A stretch of 64,000 bases of DNA from Lama guanicoe (lineage: Eukaryota). Of this stretch, positions 58,426 through 64,000 are shown in pieces. The notes under the pieces are model-generated. The model did not search any database and was not told the origin of the DNA. It was given only the letters and a program-made list of their open reading frames with translations. Location of the stretch: contig MU053561.1 in NCBI GenBank assembly GCA_013239625.1, positions 5,816,439 through 5,880,438 on the forward strand, given 5' to 3'. The first letter of the stretch is position 1; each line of letters opens with the position of its first letter. The position numbers and the translations under genes are program-made.

Positions 58426-61400
58426 GATCACAAAAACAATTCTATCCTGCCAGTCCCTGAACAGAGACAAAACCCTCACTAGGTCTGATAACTTTAGGAG
58501 TCTGAGTAGGACGGATACTGACCACCGACCAGTCAGGGAGTTTCCAGGCCCCAAAGGGTCCTCCATGGCATGGTCTTATTTTGGTGATTCACCAGGGTGA
58601 GGTTCTAGTCCTCAGTCCTATATGCTTAGAAACCCAACCACTAACACATAGATTCATCTTCAGACTCAAGCTCCCAGAAACTGGTATGCAAAATCAGAAA
58701 ACCGGTTTATTCATAACAAAAATCATGAATAGAAATACAATAGCCAAGGGTTAAAACATTCATGCCCTGTGACCAGCCCCTGAGAATCAGATTGTAAGCC
58801 AGACTGCTTGTAGAGCATGGAATCAGAAACAAGCGAGTCTGTTTTATGTATGAATGTTTATTAGAACCAAACTCATCCAACTCCAAAGCAGCAATTTACT
58901 TGCCTCTAGAACTGAGCCAGTGTAATGTCTCACCTAAAAACACTTGGATAAACACCACCAGCATTTGCCTCTTAGATCCTCTTTCTTCCTAAGATTTGAG
59001 GGATGACCAATTCTTTCCTGAATTTAGGCTAATTTTTATTTTCAGCTTACAGCACGATTATTTTTTTCTATTAAGATTTTGAACAACTGAACTTTGACCC
59101 ATTATGCATTGATTTGAAGGTTTGAATTTAAAAGGACAACTTCCAAAAGTTTCAGCTTGGTGGGGAAACTGAGGTTCCTCTCACTGAGCTCCCAAATTAC
59201 TGACAGTGGCAATAAGGGACAAGACGCCTCTGGTAGAAGCTACTTTCTTTCTGAAGGTTTTGCTAGGTGGCTCTCAGCTTCAGAAATAGAGGCTCTTGCT
59301 CTCTGTTTTCACCCATCTACTGAAAACTAAAAGGTAATAAACACTGTGTTCTGTGGCTACTGGGGAGATAGATTTCTTGGAGGAAGATTACCTGGCTCTG
59401 CAGACTCCCTGGCTGTGCCAGCTTTGGGGGAGTCGGGTGCACACAATGTTAAGTGATTTTTGCCTTGGCTCTCTGCTGTAGGTCCAGGCAGCTACAGCAA
59501 CTGTTCCTACACTCACGCAGAGTTTCCAGAATGCCTGGGAGTCTCCTGCTGATAACAACAAGGAATGCTTGGAACTAGGGAAGAGAAGGCTGGGAGCCGT
59601 ATCAGCTAGAACAGCCAAGACTGAAAGGAGGAGGAGCTGCCCCCACAACCTTTGGCCCCAAGGTAACTGCAGCGCTCAAGGTCAAGGAGTAGATGCCTCC
59701 ACACCTGCACGTGCTACGTGGCAGCCATGCACAGGAAATCAAAGGGAAAGGATACTGTGGACAAACTCCTCTCCTCCTGCAGGCGAGGGGTTTACACATC
59801 TTCAGGGTACAAGGGAAAGGAAGAGGGTCCTGCCAGAGCAGTACTTTCCCAGCACTATTGGGCTGCCACACTGGGAAGGCACAAGAACTGAATCCCCTGA
59901 CTTTGGAGGCCTCCCATTCCCAGTTCCATTCTGCAGGATGGAAGGAGTCTCAGGTAGACCCAGAGCTCCTGGTGCATAAACACAGGACCCTGGATAGACT
60001 TGATAGTATCTACAGCCTTGCCCTGGAGAGACCTCTAGATGCTGGGCGAAGGGTAGGGTAGAGCAGGGAAGCCAAACTCCAGCTACTGATTCTCTTCACT
60101 GAAGGCCAGCCAGGCAATTAGACTGTTAAGTCCACCCACTCAAAATATGATCTACCATACCCCACCTTGCCCCAGCATTCATACATTAAAACGAAGCTCC
60201 CATCAGTGTGCAGGGGTTAACTGAGTGAACACTCGACCCCTTTATGACTCCAGATTCTTGCAAGAAGTTTGTTTTCCTAACATTCCTCTCTGTGCACTCC
60301 CCTCTTGTCTTAATTGGCCCTACCCACTGAGGTATATTCCAGATCTTTCTCCTGTATCTTTGACTTGGCTCAAGCCTCCAATCCCTCCACCGTGGAGACT
60401 AAAAGCAGAGAGATGGCCAAAATAGGCAGTCAGGGAAGAGCACAGGCATTCCTATTGCATCTGCTCAGTCTCTCAGCAATCCTCATGTCAGGGAATGGCT
60501 CATGTTTACAGGCTAGGGCCAGAGTGAGAGTGTCCCCTTCCTCACTCCCTGTGTGAGACACAGAGCAAGGTCTCTCAAGAGGCTTGTCTGCTGAGTGATG
60601 AAAGTCATAGATACTGCTGTTGAATGTGGGTGTTCTCCAGAGGCTCCTCCCTGGATGTTAAGTCCTCAGAGCTGTTCCCTGGGTCTGTTTGAGGCAGGGT
60701 CTGGATGACTGTGCTTCCACCATGACTTCTTGCCTTTTCTCTTGTTGTTGTCAGCCGTTCAGGTTGCCACGGTTAACTCCTATTATTTTTGTTGTTGTTG
60801 TTATGTTTAACACTTAGAGAGCTGGCACACAGAGTTGAAAGACTTCCACCTAGCCAGAAGAAGCAACAAGCGACCACTTTGGCCAGGCCTGCTTGACTAA
60901 TTGATTCAAAAACATTAGTTGAGCACCGGTATGTGCAACGTGGATGTGCAGTTGATGACGTGGAGGGAAACAAAGATGAATAAGAAAACAGATTCCCTCC
61001 TCGAGGAGGTGACATTCTGATGGAGACATAAGTGCACATACACATCACTGAAATATAAGCTGAGGACAGGAAGGCAGGTCATAGTTACATTCTCCCCACC
61101 TGGAAATGTTGAGGGAGAGCATTTTCATCTACCAGGCCACCAGGCAGATGCCCGCTTATCCCCTGGGGTAGTCTGATTATGTTTTTGCCTAAGAAGCCAA
61201 CACCAAGTTAATAAAGTCAATTGTAACAAGTTAAGCACCGTTAATACTCTGTAATGCCCTATGTGCATATAACAGGAGTTCAATGTGTTATCACTTTCAT
61301 TTAAATGAATCTCTTTTAAATTAATGAAATGAGTTGGCCTCCATTCACTTCCTTTTTATGAAAGGGAAAGAGAAATAGAAAAATAGAAGTGAGAAATAGA

Positions 61401-64000
61401 AGCGGAATATCCCTTCCCTGTTCCTCAGGGCAACGAACAAGAGAACAAACAGGGTTCAGTACCAGGAATAAAGTTGACTCATACTCTTAGGCTTTCTCTC
61501 CTTTTAGAACACATTGATTGAAGACTTGGAATGGGATAACATTCATCCTCATAGGGAAACAGATGAAGGCGCCAAGGGAGAACATGCAAGGAGGGAGCAG
61601 GGAAAATGAGGTGAAGAAAAAGGAGGCAGTGGCCACTGCACTGCTTTTGACAGTCTCTTTATCTCAGGAGAAAAGGTTGTTCCGGGAAAACGAAATTCTA
61701 GGCAGAATGAGGAGGATGAGTTGAAATCATTTATATTCCAGAGCAACATCCTAGGGGAAGAAGGTTAAGTTTTGTGACAACATGAATAAGTACATCTTTG
61801 TGGCCTGGTACCAGCCCAAGGTCTGCAGGTCCAGAAAACTTACAAACATAATCAACAAGAGGATAGGCTCTAATGGACAGAATGAGTAGTGAAGAGAGGA
61901 GGCAGACGTTTCCCAAGGCAGGATCCTCAGTGGGTGCCATTGAGTAACCTCAGGTCGAGAGGTGAGAACCCCAAATCCAGGAGACATGGAAGGTCCATGG
62001 AAGATGTGTACAGGACAAGGACATTGTATCTTTTCCACAAGTGTACCTCAAAATTGTGACATGAAGGACAACAGGACATGGGCAGCTCCTACACTGGGAT
62101 CTTGGCTTTCTAGATAAAGGAGGTAGAAATGATGTCTCATCCTCCAGTAAGTTAATTTTTTCTGTATCAGTGCCTTTGCTATCCCTTCTACTATTTATAA
62201 CTGTCAATTGTCTTTACACTATTTAAATACTCATGCTTTTTTTAAAGTATAAACTATAAACTTCTTGAGGGCAGTGATCACATATTTGTAGCTTTGATGG
62301 CAACTAGTTCAGTGCCTGTTCTTATTAGGTCATTTCTTAAGAAATGTTGTTGGATTTGATGTTATAGGAGAATTGGACTTCAAGGGTCAACAGCTGCAAG
62401 CGCTGGCAATCCATAGGTCTGGCCAAGAATTTCCATGAGGCAAGGCAACATTTGGCAATTACAAAGGCATTCCAGTGAAGTGAAGAGGAGGGTCAGATTT
62501 TGCAATAGTTCTGCAAAGAAGACAGATCTTCGGGAGTGGCTGGGTTCTCAGAAAATTATATGCTAAATGGCAAAGAGTAATCTGGGTTCTTACCTTTACA
62601 GAGATCGTGCAAGATATAATCTCTGCCAGATTCAAATAGGAAAAGGTGACATTAACAAGTTTTCTTAGCACTATAAACATTATGCTAAGTATTGAACATG
62701 TAGAATATTTTTAAAAGATGCTATTACTGCTCTCAAGCTTAAAATCTTAATGCAAAGTCAATGTGTATGTATATAAACTAATCAGAGAACAATAATTTAC
62801 ACCGAGTTATAAGTTAAGCATTAAAACACTGCTATTGGGGAAGGGATTCTAAAGATGGTGGCCTTAATATGGGTCAAGACCCCCAATTTTTGTGGATCTT
62901 TGCTCCTCTGAGGCTTTACAAAATTCTCCTGCAGACATTTGAAATATAATAAAGTTTATTGCTTTAAACCCCACCCCACTCCACCTCACCCTACCTATCA
63001 ATATTTCAAGACAGCATTTCATATACCTGGTGTCATAACATGCTTAGCTCTTAACCTCATAACGCTCAAGCCTTTGAGCTTGAATCTATAACCCTAACTT
63101 GTAGTTTAAACTTCCCTCCCATTTCATGGACTCAGATTCCTCCTGCTAGAAGAACATGAGGACCCTAGGTCACTAGTTCGAAGATTCAGTCTCACAGGTA
63201 ATCAAGTCTTAAGGGGGTTCCTACCTTATACTTCTACTCCCCAGAACGGGATTTCTTGCTGGTAACTTCTCCTCCCGTGAGTAGAGATGCAGCCTCCAAA
63301 ACTATAGTCTTGTCACTGGGGGCCTCTGGTTTCCATGGTTTTTTGGATGCCAACTTTCTTCACACCTGAATCTGTTCATGTTGTCTAAAGTTTGCTTAGA
63401 TTAACAAACACCCTGAATCTTGGATTCATTTTGGACTTTCACCATAAGTAAAACTTTCTGCAAGGTCCTTGGGAGCTAGTGTTGGCGTAAAAGTCACAGA
63501 GAAGCAGGAGCCCAAGAGTCTCTTATTTCAAATGTTTCTGGCTACAAGGCAAAAGCAAGTAAGAGGCTGCAGCTCTGTGACAGGCTCATAGTCATCAACC
63601 TGTTTGTGATCCAAACAGTAGCACAGATGATTTCTGCTTTAAGGCATGAGGCAACGAAAGAGGCATTTCAGGAAAACAAAAAACAAACAAACAAACAAAC
63701 AATTAATATGGCATTAAATGGATTAGATAGCAAGGTGATTAAGATACTATATATGCCTTAGCATTTACATCAGATCAGATGAGATAATACAAGCAAAGTA
63801 CGCAACACAGTTCCTAGCACTCAACAAATGCTAGTTCTTTTCCCTCTGCATATAGATTTTACACTTAAAGTGCTTTTGCCTACATCAAATCCTCCTTAAA
63901 TCTTATGAATTAGGTATTTCCCCAAAGAATAGTGACTTGATCCCCAAAGTAGCACATCTGAAAAACCACAGGACTGAGAGTCAGACTCAGGTCTTCAGAT

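Noticed and set aside
1..64000. CRISPR array, operon, NUMT or foreign insert
   Set aside because: No regularly spaced repeat-spacer array, no prokaryote-like gene density and no mitochondrial-like segment seen; composition is typical mammalian DNA throughout.

Overview
Mammalian genomic DNA, most likely camelid: nine copies of a tRNA-Ala-like SINE resemble Vic-1 as I recall it, and I saw no Alu, Bov-tA or PRE1 elements. The only protein-coding sequence I can support is coding exon 1 of LRIG2 (minus strand, 9072..8834, GTGAGT donor), inside a CpG-island promoter at about 8.7-9.8 kb. Bases 1-8833 are LRIG2 intron 1. They hold a sense-oriented MER31-type non-autonomous ERV1 provirus (two LTRs, PBS, PPT) that abuts a MER21-type LTR and contains a Tigger2 MITE. 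The remaining ~54 kb is repeat-rich upstream DNA (L1, L2, L3/CR1, MIR, MER5, MaLR/ERVL/ERV1 LTRs, microsatellites); by human synteny it lies towards SLC16A1. The notable items are: two independent tailless 7SK retrocopies cut at almost the same position; a candidate divergent mini-gene (TATA, strong-Kozak 75-codon ORF, L2-derived AATAAA); loss of the LTR poly(A) signal in the intronic provirus; a very young L1 insertion with a layered tail; an L1 3' transduction; and several motif clusters. I find no convincing evidence of a new multi-gene biological system. Repeat family names come from recalled consensus sequences and need RepeatMasker/Dfam confirmation.
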